Assembly: GCF_009914755.1 (NCBI RefSeq)
Contig: NC_060935.1
DNA length: 64,000 nucleotides
DNA from: the human T2T-CHM13v2.0 reference genome, Homo sapiens
Direction: 5' to 3' (one strand)
The translations under genes were made by a program, and so were the position numbers. Position 1 is the first letter of the stretch. The number at the start of each line of letters is the position of its first letter. A model generated the notes under the pieces. It searched no databases. It was not told the DNA's origin and saw only the letters and a program-made list of their open reading frames with translations. Below, piece by piece: positions 44,079 to 58,759 of the stretch.

Positions 44079-44917
44079 CCATACTGAGACTTTTTAATCA
44101 TACCAGATAACCAATTTTATTTATTGTATATTTATTATATTGCTTAAATTAAATAGAATCTGCATACTTAAATGTTTCAATGTAACTTCTTGATTTTGAT
44201 ACTGGTACTATGGTTATGTAATTTAATGAAACATTACACGTGTATGTTTACTACAATGTTTAAAAATTAAGTTTTATACTTTGGTCACACATAAAACATG
44301 GCTCCATATGACTGCTAATCATCCCAAATTCAATTCCATACCAAAAATGCAGAGATTTGCCTTCGCTAAGAACAGCCAAAATAACATGTGGTTGGTTCTA
44401 GCAGCAATCTGAAAGGCAAAGGTCATCGATGACAGCAGCATTTGGTCAAGTGACTAACCTCTAAAGTGGCTGACTCATAATGGAACAACTTTGACTTAGA
44501 GGTTTACATTCTGAATTTAAAAAGAAAAGAAAAGGCCACTCACTTTATAGACATACCTGTACTCATTACACACAAAGGACCAAACTACTATGGATAACGT
44601 AAAAGAAACAAACTATAGTTTGAGGTTTTCAGCAGCAATAACATAAATAAAGCGGGGTAGTAAAACAGATTATGACAGTAAATTGCAGACAAGGCGGAGA
44701 AGCCTATAGCTGGTGGTCTAGCTCTCCTAACTCACGGTGAGCCACATCGATGGAGCATTCAAGGGGCCAAAACAGTCCCTATTCCTTGTGTACGAGTTCT
44801 TCATGTCGGCTCCTAACGACTAGTCACTACTAGATAGCAGCTGTATTTCTTTGCTGTCAGCAAACTGAGTCCAGCTGAAAACCTCTCAATACCAAGCTGG
44901 AAAAGACCAGTCTTCAC

Positions 44918-44986
44918 CTGTGTGGCATTCTGTTCATGCTCTGCAGATGTCGGCCACACATGCGAGCTTTCATCTTTGGAATCCAT
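44918..44986 (-). CDS. PRDM10: PRDM10 first coding exon, CDS part ([23 protein letters not shown]); whole exon about 45104-44918
   Basis: ATG at 44986 in strong Kozak context (AAGATGG); donor CAG|GTGAAG; acceptor TTTTCTCAG|G at 45104. Confidence 0.93.
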
Positions 44987-45021
44987 CTTCTCCCAACTGG
45001 ACAGCTCCACGTCTGGCACAC

Positions 45022-45102
45022 CTAGAGCAGCACAGGGTACAGGACAGTCATCTGTCTACCACACGTGTGTTCATGAAGGACGGAAAGGTCTGTCTGCAGC
45101 AT
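45022..45102 (-). promoter_or_regulatory. Upstream ORFs in the PRDM10 5'UTR (26 aa at 45102-45022; 8 aa at 45074-45048)
   Basis: ATG...TAG and ATG...TGA read directly; both end before the main ATG at 44986. Confidence 0.65.
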
Positions 45103-45263
45103 GCCTGAGAAAACACAGAAAAGGAACCAAGACTTTCAGTAGATAAATACATTTTAATATATTATAATTTCAACCACAAATAATAAAAGAAAGCTTTGTC
45201 AAAAAGCAACACGCCTGGGCAAAAAAATGTAAAAATGAAGACATTATTTGTAATAATAGTATA

Positions 45264-45735
<472 letters not shown>

Positions 45736-46888
45736 TTTAAAAAAATAACAATATAATGTATTGCATGCTTGCTATGTTCTAAACACTCACTGGGGGTGGG
45801 TGTGTGTATATATAATATCTTATAAAATTATATATTTTGCATATATATTTGTGTATACATAAATGTGTGCATGTTTGTCTAATGCAATCCTCATTAAAAA
45901 TATTAGTTCTAATTAAAATTAGTTGTCGTGAGGAGAATGAGTTTCTCAGATGCCAAATGCAGGCTCTTTCCTTGTAGACACTAACTTCCCATACCACCTT
46001 TACTCAAAATGAACAGCAGAATAATAAGTCTCAAGATGAGAGGAAGGCGGCAAGTGGAGGGAGCTACATTTTCTGCGTAAAAAATTTGGTGAATGCAAAT
46101 ACAAACTTTTTTTCTCACATGGTCAGTGTTGGAGTGATTAGCGGCCAAATAAAAAGCCTTACTAAACTTTAACATGCACAATACCTGCATCTCAAAATCT
46201 TATTCCTTCCCAAAACAGGCTTTTTAAGGTAGTCAGTCTTCCCTTTTGATGATGATAAAATGTTGGTATTTTAAAAGTCCACTTGACATTTGCTGTGTGA
46301 ACAGGGCAGCAGCCACAATGCCAGAATAAAGACCAAAGAAGAAAGAAAGAGAAGGTACGTGAACTTCGAAAGTCTGTGCCCAACTCTGGAAAAGAGGGGA
46401 TGCCATGTCCATCTTCTGAGCCATCCAGGTGCCTGTTCCTGCTTTGCCTCAACATTATCATTCTCATCCCCAAGCTGCAGCACCCCCCACCACACTTATT
46501 CACCCTGCATGCGCCCTACTCTTCCAATCCCCATTTGGGGGGGACTTGAAAGAATGCCACGTCCACCAACAGGTGAATGTAAGAAGAAAGGAACACAAGG
46601 GAACTTCATGGAGAAATGGGAATATCCTGTATCTTGCATCTGAATTGAGGTGGTGGTTACATAAGGAATATGTGTGTCAAAAGCTATCAACCTATTAAGA
46701 TATGTGAATTTTATTACATTTAAATTATACCCTAATAAAGTTGATTTTTTTTAAAGCATACCTTCCTTATATAGCAGTACTATTTAAAAATATATACAAA
46801 GATATTCAGGGTGAGTTTCCTATGGTATATAAACTATATCTCAACAAAGCCATTATTTAAAGAAACAAAAGGTATTAAGAAAGGAATA

Positions 46889-47184
46889 GGCTGGGTGCAG
46901 TGGTTCACACCTGTAATCCCAGCACTTTGGGAGGACAAGGACGACATATCACTTGAGGCCAGGAGTGCAAGACTAGCCTGGGTAACATGGTGAAACCCCA
47001 TCTCTACAAAAAATACAAAAATTAGCCAGGTGTGGTGGTGTGCACCTGTGGTCCCAGCTTCTTGGGAGTCTGAGGTGGAAGGATCGCTTGAGTCTGGGAG
47101 GCGGAGGTTACAGTGAGCCTAGATCACACCACTATACTCCTGCATGGGTCACAGAGTGAGACTCTATCTCAAAAAAAAAAAAAA
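46889..47184 (+). mobile_element. AluJ
   Basis: Dimer. Confidence 0.88.
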
Positions 47185-47283
47185 TGAAAGGAATAAATGT
47201 CACCAATCATCTAAAGATCTGTAAGAAGAAAACTACAAAATTGTACAAAAGGACATAAAAGGCTCAGTAATTACAAAATCAGA

Positions 47284-47458
47284 GCCCGGCGTGGTGGCGC
47301 ACACCTGTGGTCCCAGCTACTCAAGAGGCTGAGGGGGAGGATCCCTTGAGCCCAGTTCAAGGTTAGCCAGGGCAACACAGAGAGACCCTGCTGAAAGAAA
47401 AGAGAAAAGAGAGAAGAGAAGAGAAGAGAAGAGAAGAGAAGAGAAGAGAAGAGAAGAA
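47284..47458 (+). mobile_element. Alu monomer (FLAM-like) with a (GAGAA)n tail
   Basis: Single arm followed by a pentamer run at about 47410-47458. Confidence 0.82.
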
Positions 47459-49025
47459 GTCATAACATGTTCCATGTAGGAAACTTTTTTTTTAAAGTTG
47501 TTTATTTTGAAATAACTTCAGACATAAAAGTTGTCAAAATAGTACAAAGAATTCCTGTGTTTCTTCACTCCAGTTCCCTGCATGTTAACATTGTACCATG
47601 TTTACTTTACTATTTCCCCTCTTTCTCTTTCTTTCCCTCCCTTTTCTCACTTGAACCATTTGAGAGTAAGTTGCCAACACAATGCCCCTTTCCCCCTAAA
47701 TTCCTAAGTGCCTAATTCTTAAAAACAAGAAGATTTTCTTATAACCACAGTACTACTATCAAAATGAGGCTGTTAACATGGTAACAGTAATATTACCTAA
47801 TTCACAGACCTTATTCAAGTTTTGTCAACTCTAATGAATGTCCTTTAAAAAGAATACGACATTTTTTCTCCTGGCCTGGGATGCAATCCGGTACTGCACA
47901 CAGCACGCTCAGCTGTCCTGCCCTTCAGTCTCCTTCAATCCCAAACGGTTCCCTGCTCTTTCTTGGTCTGCCATGACCTTGACATTTCTGAAATGCACAG
48001 GTCATTTATTTTTCAGAATGCTCCTCAATTTAAGTTTATCTGATGTTTCTTCATGGTTAGATTCAGGATATGTATTTTTAGCAGAGACACCACAGAAGAG
48101 ATGTGGTGTCCTTCCGATAGAGGAATTTGAGTGGCTTGTTTCCTTCAGCTTGGCTCACTGATGGCACAAATGCGCAGGCGTGTACTATGCTAGGCACTGG
48201 GGTGCTGCGGGGATCGGCAGGTACAGCCCATGCCCTCACAAAACACACACAGCCCAGAGAGTCTTTTTGTCTTTGTTTTCATTTCTAGAAAGGTATACTT
48301 TATTTCTTCTATTTTAATTTTATTTGTATCTCTTTTAATAGGTAGTAAATGCAGCTGGCTCAAAATTCAAAAGGCACAAAAAGGTATACAGTGGACAATC
48401 TCCCTACCTGGAATGCCCTAGCCGTTCCTCAGAAGCAACCTATATTATCAATTTATTGTATTTTCTTCCAAAAATTATTTTGTGTGCATACACACAAGCA
48501 TACATATATACTCTCTCCCTCTCCAACCACAAATAGATGCACACTACTGATTCCATACAAGGTAGCATTTCTTCTATATCTTGTTTGTCCCATGTAATAT
48601 CATACCTTTCATATTGTTCCATATATATACAGACATTCCTCATTCTTCATTACAGCTGCATATTTTTAATCTTGCATTCATAAACGCTTAGGTTATTTCT
48701 AATATTTTGCAATTACATGTGACACTATGATGAGAACTTTTGGACATACATTGCTTTACAATGTATCTTGCATTTTATGTGTTAGTATCCCACATTTTTT
48801 GGAATCTCTGAGGGAAGATACTAGCGCAGTTAAAGTGATTATCTATCATATGTAAAATGGAGATAATTTTATTGTGAGGGTGAAATGATGTATGTAACAA
48901 CTCTAGGCACAAGGTCTAGTACATAGTAGGTGATTAAATATATCAATTTTCATATTTCACAAACGAGCCATACAGAGCTTCAGAATTTTCAAAACATTTT
49001 ATACTCTTTAAAAATCTAACAATTT

Positions 49026-49256
49026 GGCTGGGCGAGGTGGCTCACGCCTGTAATCCCAGCACTTTGAGAGGCCGCAGCGGGCAGATCAGCCTGAGGTCAG
49101 CCTGAGGATTTGTCAGCAAGTCAGGAGGCTGAGGATTTTATCAGCAAGACAGGAGTTGCTTGAACGCAAAAGGAAGAGGTTGCAGAGAACCCAGATCGTG
49201 CCACTGCACTCCAGCCTGGGCGACACAGCAAGACCCTGTCTCAAAGAAAAAAAAAA
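49026..49256 (+). mobile_element. Rearranged Alu with a central deletion and filler DNA
   Basis: Left-arm start joined to right-arm end through duplicated filler. Confidence 0.85.
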
Positions 49257-49944
49257 CGGAAAGAAAGAAAAGAAATCTAACAATACATTCCCTGTACATG
49301 AATATCTTTGATAGTAAGGCTTGTCATATTGATTTTCCTTTATTAATTTTCTTTTTAACTCCACAATGTTTACAGCCCTGTTGATTTTGATTTACAGGAG
49401 ACAGTAGAAGAATCCCAGGGGCAGGAGCCATGTTACTGCTGTACAGCTGGCAGGTGCTGACAGCTCTGGTAACCAGGGATAGACTCTCACCCCTCATCTT
49501 CTTGCGTCTCCTACCGACCTGAGGGAATGGACAGCCACAGCTATACCTTGTCTAGAAAACAGCAGCCATCTTCTGTCCTTTTCCCCCTGTCCCAAAAGAG
49601 TTAGAGATTTCATTTCCAGGAAGAGAATGATATGGTTGCATTTCTATTTTCTCTCTAATGATTGACTTTATTCAACAAGTATTTATTAGTACTTGGTATG
49701 TGCCAGGCACTGTTCTAGGTCCTTAAGAAACATGTTTATCAAAAAAAAATATATATATATACAAAAAAAAAGATCCCTGGCTTCTTGCAGCTTCTAGTCT
49801 AGTTGTTTTTTTCCTGAACAGCGTTGTACAGTATCTAAAGTGTGAACTTTACAATCAGACAAATCTGGGTTCTGAGCTCCCAAATCTTCCATGTACTTAG
49901 TTGGGGCGTTAGTAAGCCAAACACTCTGATCCTCAGTATCCTCA

Positions 49945-50270
<326 letters not shown>

Positions 50271-50321
50271 AAATCCAAATTACCTGCCCTGCATGGTTGC
50301 TGTAAAAATTAACTACATGTT

Positions 50322-51521
<1,200 letters not shown>

Positions 51522-51840
51522 GCAATATTTGTGATCACATAACAACGATGAACATTCAAGAAAGGGTAGCAATTTTTTTCATGCTTGGTGAACATCAAAC
51601 ACATTTTTTAGTACATGGCAAGCACTGGGGAGAAAAAGGTGAGCAAAAATCTCTGCTCCCAGAGAACTCACAATCTAGTTGGAGAGATGACACCCCACTT
51701 TGCAGCTCACCCCATGGCGACACTTGCAGGGTGAGAGTGACAGTGATGAAGAGTGAGGGGAATTAGGAAGGAAGGATAAACCCCTACTTTTCCAGCTAGT
51801 TCAGCGATAAGGCTGGGCAGGCGCCAGACAATGGAGTATC

Positions 51841-52797
51841 CCAGTGTGCCTGCCTCCACCATCACCTGCCCTCCTAGGAGTCCTGAGTTCCCATCATGCC
51901 CTTCACCCCACAGCCCTACCCACTCACCATCCACCAGCCTCCCCGACAACATCACTAAGCCCTTCTCAGCTAAACCCAACATCCAGAACTCCCAGGGACT
52001 TAGGATGCAGGAGCTCCTGCCTTCATCAGCTGCACACAGAGGTGGAGGAAGAGGCCCAGATTCAGCTTCAAAGGTAGATGAGTACCTGGAATCCCAGGCT
52101 GAACTACAAACACAATTTCACTTAAAATGTTGTGACACACAGTGGTTAAGTTCCACAGCACTGTTGGTACATTATTAACCTCAGACACATTAAGAAGCAA
52201 CAAAGGTTTCTGTACTGGCCTCGCACCTCAAATGCCAGACACGTCATTATTGATATGGAAAGAAGTGTACCACATTCCAGACAATGCACTTACAAATAAA
52301 CTTTTCCGGCTCATTATGAACTAACTAGCACAAACTGTGGGCTCTCTCCCTGAAATCCAACTCTAGACATGCTATGGAAAGAAGTTATAGGGAGACTGAT
52401 GAGCCTGCAAGATGAACATAAAAACTGAGGACAAAAACGGAGGAGGGTGAGTGCCAGTCTGGGGAGGGGGTTGTGGATGGGCCCAGGGAACAGCCCAGAC
52501 AGACGGGGACCAGGTTCCACAGAAGAGAGGGGGTGGTGGAAGCAGAATTTTTCTGTTGTTCTCTCTCTGATATTACCCTGAGCTCCCGCCACCCACCCCG
52601 CAATCCTACCCCCTCACTACCCACCAGCCTCATTCCTAACATCACTAAGCCCTTCTCAGCTAAAGCCAACATCCAGAACCCCCCAGGACGTAGGACTCAG
52701 GAGCCTAGTGTGCCAGCCTCCACCATCGCCTGCCCTCCTAGGAGCCCTGAGTTCCCATTGTGCCGTTCACCCCACAGCCCTACCCACTCACCATCCC
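51841..52797. repeat. Permuted ~172-bp local duplication (51841-52014 and 52577-52797)
   Basis: Shared blocks AACATCACTAAGCCCTTCTCAGCTAAA and TTCACCCCACAGCCCTACCCACTCACCATCC. Confidence 0.9.
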
Positions 52798-53494
52798 CCT
52801 GCTGGGGTAAAATGTGGCAAAAATTAAGCAATATCTGCTGATGCACCCATCGACACTGCAATATAGAAACATAGCAAACGATGAGTGCAAAAAATCAAAT
52901 CATAACAACATCAAAAAAATTAACACAGCAGCCAGCTCTGTGCTGCCTGGCAGTGGAAAAACCTCAAGGCAGCAAAAAAGGCTGGGTAGGGTGTAAATAG
53001 CAGATGCCAGGAGGCTGGCAAGGTGCTGGGCACTCTCCTGCCACACACTCCCCCGCTGCACAGCTAGCAAAAACATATGTTCAGACAGGAAGCTTCCTCT
53101 AGGGGAAAAGGCTTAGCTGACCCAGAGACTCTGGCCTGATACACAAGCAATTGCTCATTTTTAAAAATTTAATATTTCACCTTTCTTTCAACGAATATAC
53201 ACTAGCTATATGATGATTTTTGCTGACCCAAGCATAAAAAGAGTATTCTTCAGGAATATTTATATAGCAATTAGTCTCCATTTAAAGAAATGATACTTGG
53301 GCTTGGTTTAAGTGAGTTACCATAAATACTACAGGCCTTGGGCTGGATTTGCACATATTTGTATTAGAGTCGTCTTTGGAATCAGACAGCCTAGCTCCAA
53401 AGCTTGGATTTACCACTTACAGCTTTTGGCAATTTGCTTAATCTCTCTGAGCTCCACCTTCTTCATATATAAAGATAAAGAACTAAGAATATTA

Positions 53495-53891
<397 letters not shown>

Positions 53892-54137
53892 CTAAACTCA
53901 TACTTAAGATTAGATTCTACCTGGTAACTAAAAAAGTAAGTGATTTTACTCTGTGTATAGAGAAAACACATCTTAAGATACTGAGTTATAAAAAAGAGGA
54001 AGAAAGATAATAGGAAATCAAATTCTATGGCATAGAATAACGGAACTAATTTCAGAATTAGAAGAGAAATTCTAGGCCAACAGTTCTGAAATATGTTCAG
54101 ATGACAAGGACCCTGAAGACATAGCACCATGAAATAT

Positions 54138-54440
54138 TAATAGCTGACATGTTATGTTATAATAGCATTTGTTATGAACCAGGCATGTTCCCTAAAAAGG
54201 AAGGGAACTCTGGCACATGCTTCAACAGGGAGGAATCTTGAGGACGTTACACTAACCACACATATTGGTTCATTTAATCCTCACAATAACTTCTGAAGTA
54301 GGCACATTATATCTCTACTTTACAAGTGATGGATGGAGACAGAAAGAGGCGAAGCGACTTTGCCTGGGTAACAGAGCTAGGAAGCAGAGGAGCTACAATG
54401 TAACCTGGGCACGAGGCCGCCTAGCCCACATGCTCAGCCA
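54138..54440 (-). mobile_element. MIR carrying a 58-bp L1 insert
   Basis: CATTTAATCCTCACAATAAC...TTTACAAGTGA MIR core. Confidence 0.75.
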
Positions 54441-54532
54441 CAAATCTACACTGCTTCTCTTCCCACAAACTAAGAACACTGGACCCTGCATGATGATTCC
54501 AGTATAAATGACTCCACTAATGAACCATGTAA

Positions 54533-54867
<335 letters not shown>

Positions 54868-54954
54868 TAAATGAAGCAAGATTAGGTAGTCCAAAGTTTT
54901 CCACCAACTTTTTTGCCAGTTGTTCACTTGTCACATCCTAATGCTGACTAAAAT

Positions 54955-56387
54955 TGTGTCCGAAATTGGTGGGTTCTGGGTCTCACTGACTTCAAGAATG
55001 AAGCCACGTACCCTCGCGATGAGTGTTACAGCTCTTAAGGTGGCACGTCTGGAGTTTGTTCCTTCTGATGTTCAGATGTGTTTGGAGTTTCTTCCTTCTG
55101 GTGGGTTCATGGTCTCGCTGGTTCAGGAGTGAAGCTGCAAACCTTCGCGGTGAGTGTTACAGCTCTTAAAAGCAGTGTGAACCCAGAAAGAGCAGTAGCA
55201 AAATATATTGCAAAGAGCAAAAGAACAAAGCTCCCACGGTGTGGAAGGGGACCCGAGCGAGTTGCCACCGCTAGCTCGGGCAGCCTGCTTTTATTCTCTT
55301 ATCTGGCCCCACACACATCCTGCTGATTGGTAGAGCCCAGTGGTCTGTTTTGACAGGGTGCTGATTGGTGCATTTACAATCCCTGAGATAGATACAAAGG
55401 TTCTCCAAGTCCCCATCAGATTAGTTAGATACAGAGTGTCGACACAAAGGTTCTCCAAGGCCCCACCAGAGCAGCTAGATACAGAGTGTCCATTGGTGCA
55501 CTCAAAAACCTTGAGCTAAACACAGGGTGCTGATTGGTGTGTTTACAAACCTTGAGCTAGATACAGAGTGCCCATAGGTGTATTTACAATCCCTGAGCTA
55601 GACATAAAGGTTCTCCAAGGCCCCACCAGAGCAGCTAGATACAGAGTGTCGATTGGTGCACTCACAAACCCTGAGCTAGACATAGGGTGCTGATTGGTGT
55701 GTTTACAATCCCTGAGGTAGACATAAAGACTCTCCACGTCCCCACCAGACTCAGGAGCCCAGCTGGCTTCACCCAGTGGATCCCGCACCGGGGCTGCAGG
55801 TGGAGCTGCCTGCCAGTCCCGTGCCGTGCGCTCGCATTCCTCAGCCCTTGGGTGGTCGATGGGACTGGGTGCCGTAGAGCAGGGGGCGGCGCTCGTCGGG
55901 GAGGCTTGGGCTGCACAGGAACCCACGGAGGGGGTGGGAGGCTCAGGCATGGCGGGCTGCAGGTCCCGAGCCCTGCCCCGCGGGAAGGCAGCTAAGGCCC
56001 GGTGAGAAATCGAGTGCAGCGCCAGTGGGCCGGGACCCAGTACACCCTCCGCAGCCACTGGCCCGGGTGCTAAGCCCCTCACTGCCCGGGGCGGCAAGGC
56101 CGGCTGGCTGCTCCGAGTGTGGGGCCCGCCAAGCCCACGCCCACCCAGAACTCCAGCTGGCCCGCAAGCGCCGCGCGCAGCCCCGGTTACAGCTGGCGCC
56201 TCTCCCTCCACACCTCCCTGCAAGCTGAGGGAGCTGGCTCTGGCCTTGGCCAGCCCAGAAAGGGGCTCCCACAGTGCAGCGGTGGGCTGAAGGGCTCCTC
56301 AAGTGCCGCCCAAGTGGGAACCCAGGCAGAGGAGGTGCCGAGAGCGAGCGAGGGCTCTGGGGACTGCCAGCACGCTGTCACCTCTCA
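54955..56387 (-). mobile_element. ERV9 solo LTR, LTR12C-type, 1433 bp, sense to PRDM10
   Basis: Minus strand begins TGAGAGGTGACAGCGTGCTGGCAG and ends ...GGACACA; 4-bp TSD AAAT at 54951-54954 and 56388-56391; tandem CCAAT/GATA repeats. Confidence 0.93.
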
Positions 56388-57989
56388 AAATGACTGGCAA
56401 CAATAGCAACAAAGAGTTAACAAAAATTTGTGAGACTGAAAATTCAAAATTAAACAAATTCTATCCTTGATTTCTCTTAAATGAAAGACACCTCTGTCCA
56501 GCTCTAGAACACTAGTGTTTTAGGGAGCATAGTTTGAGAACAGATCATCTAGAACAACTTCTATTTTATAAAATCACGTCAAGTTCACAGCAAGCAAAAG
56601 GAAACACCAGAATCAGAGGCTGAGACTTCTAACACTCTTACCCCAGGTCACAGTGTGGCCACAGGACTGATCATGGAAAGGATTTAGAGGAGTCTTCAAC
56701 AAGAGATTCCTGATTCTGCATAACACTGTTTATCTTAGCTTTGTCTTTCTTTCTTTAAGCTTGTGGCCCTTGACTGCCCGCTTAGAGAAACAGTCCTGCA
56801 CTCTGTAGCCCAAGTCAAGGAAAAGTGCTTTACCAGCCATCACAATAGTCCAGCAAAGTCAGCAGCCTCTGTTTAAGAGCTAATGAGATTCGAGAGGGCA
56901 GTGATCTGGACATAAAACTCGTCCTTCAAAAACCCAGGCCTTTGAAGGTGGTCCCCTGGCAAGAGACGAGCCCTCCCTCCTTGTTACAAAAATGTTTTTC
57001 ACTTTTTTAGCGCCTTTTTCTTCCTTTATTTGTATTTTCTCTTTCTTTCTTTTGTCTAAGATAAAAGTTCTAGGATACAAATTAGCTCATTACAAAATAC
57101 CCACTTTGAAAATTTTAGAGTAATCCTATGAGATTATAAAAGCTCCGAATAACAACCACATATCAAAGAAAAGCTTGATGCAGAGTAGTGAAGGAGAAAA
57201 GCAGTGTCACAGGAAGGCCCAAATTAGCAACCTGCTAGGGTAAAAAGTGGTGAAAATTAAGCAATGTCTGTTAACAGTTCTATGCAAATGTTCAAGGTCT
57301 GTGAACCAAAACCAGTGAATTAAGTTAAGCTAGTTGGCAATGAATGAGGACCTGCATAACTGAGCTAAGGAAACCAATGAGGTAAGAGGCACCAAGGTAG
57401 AACCTTCCCAGCAAGAACTGGCACAAGACAAAAGACAACTTAGATATGAATTAAATTCCAGATGCAGATTTTAATTTATTTGATGACATTTTGAATGTAT
57501 ACTCCCTTTAAAACTATGTTACACACCATCTTTTGATTCCCAGAAAAATAGAAAAGCATATTTACTCATAATTAAATTGAAATAAATTACGCTGAAATAA
57601 AATAAAAATTTAAGCAACCATCTGTTACAATGTCGGTGATTTAAAAAAGCAAGGAAACAAAACTAAATGCATTTAGACATACCAGTTACCCCTCTGTGAA
57701 ATAAGCTCATCAAAGTCCCTTTTCAGCTCTATAATTGAGATGAAACGATTTTTTAAAAAAATCATGGTACTTGAAGAAACAGAACAGTGTAAGATAAAAC
57801 ATCGATGAAGACTCTTATGTAGATATAAAGATGAGACTTGTATCCAGAAGACTTGCATCCAAAATTCTAAACATTTTGGAGCTAGGTAGGACAAGAACTA
57901 TGTTTGATTTGACTTTGAACTACAACATTCCTCTGCCTTGCCTAGCTCAAGGCATTCCAGCATTCTGCATTCCCAGCGCGCTCAGCAGT

Positions 57990-58240
57990 GCAGAGTGGAG
58001 GGGCCAGGCACCCACTGGAGCCACCCAGCCCGGCTTCCAGCCCCGCCTCCAGCTCACCAGCAGCTGACCTGGTACGAATTGCCCAGCCTCTCTGTGGCTC
58101 AACTCTATCACCTGTAATATGGAGACAAGAACAGTATCTCCTTCATAGAGGTGTAAACAGGACTAAATGATATATTATTTGCAAAGTGCTGAGAACAGAG
58201 GCTAGACTATGGTAAGCACTTATATATGTTACATGAAAGA
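57990..58240 (+). mobile_element. MIR
   Basis: CACCTGTAATATGGAG...GCAAAGTGCTGAGAACAG...TAAGCACT. Confidence 0.7.
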
Positions 58241-58759
58241 AATAATGACCAGGGTCATTTCTGAGACACAAATTTTAAATGGTAGAGCAAGAAGAAACTA
58301 GGGGAAAGAAAGGAATACAAAAGGAAAGAGAAGAAAAGAGAGGAAAGCAATGGAAAAACAGAAGGAAAAAAGAGTATTCCAGAAGAGAGCAATAACATTT
58401 AGAGGAAATGACATGAGAGGACAAGAGGAATAAATGGAGTGGGAGTGGGGAAGAGTCTAAGAAAGAAGGAACTGGATAAACAGTGAACAGAATAAGTAGA
58501 AGGTGAGGGGGAGGGAGAGAAAGAAAAACTAAAGAAAAGAGAAACATGAATCAGATTGTTCTGAGCTAACTAGATAGGAATTAGAAGTGACAGTGGAAGA
58601 GTCTAAAAGATCATTCCCATGAGCAAGACCTCCTGAGTTGAAATCCACTCCACAGTTACATCTGAGGACCAGGATATGGGGACACTTGCTGGGCGCCCAC
58701 CATTCTCAGACGCCTGAAGACACGAACGGCACCTCAATAAAGTACCCGATATGCTGCTC

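Noticed and set aside
52160-52285. Possible PRDM10 autoregulatory site (TGGTACATT / CATTCCA fragments)
   Set aside because: Only partial matches to the recalled TGGTACATTCCA-like motif, as expected by chance
51831-52841. Two paralogous Ser/Pro-rich plus-strand ORFs
   Set aside because: The similarity comes from the DNA duplication; there is no splice or codon evidence for coding
55320-55740. CRISPR-like array of repeated GCTGATTGG/TAGATACA units
   Set aside because: These are the normal LTR12 U3 tandem enhancer repeats; there are no unique spacers or cas genes, and the DNA is eukaryotic
55543-56406. Longest ORFs in the track (226 aa and overlapping ones)
   Set aside because: They lie wholly within the GC-rich LTR12C U3 region and are a typical repeat artefact
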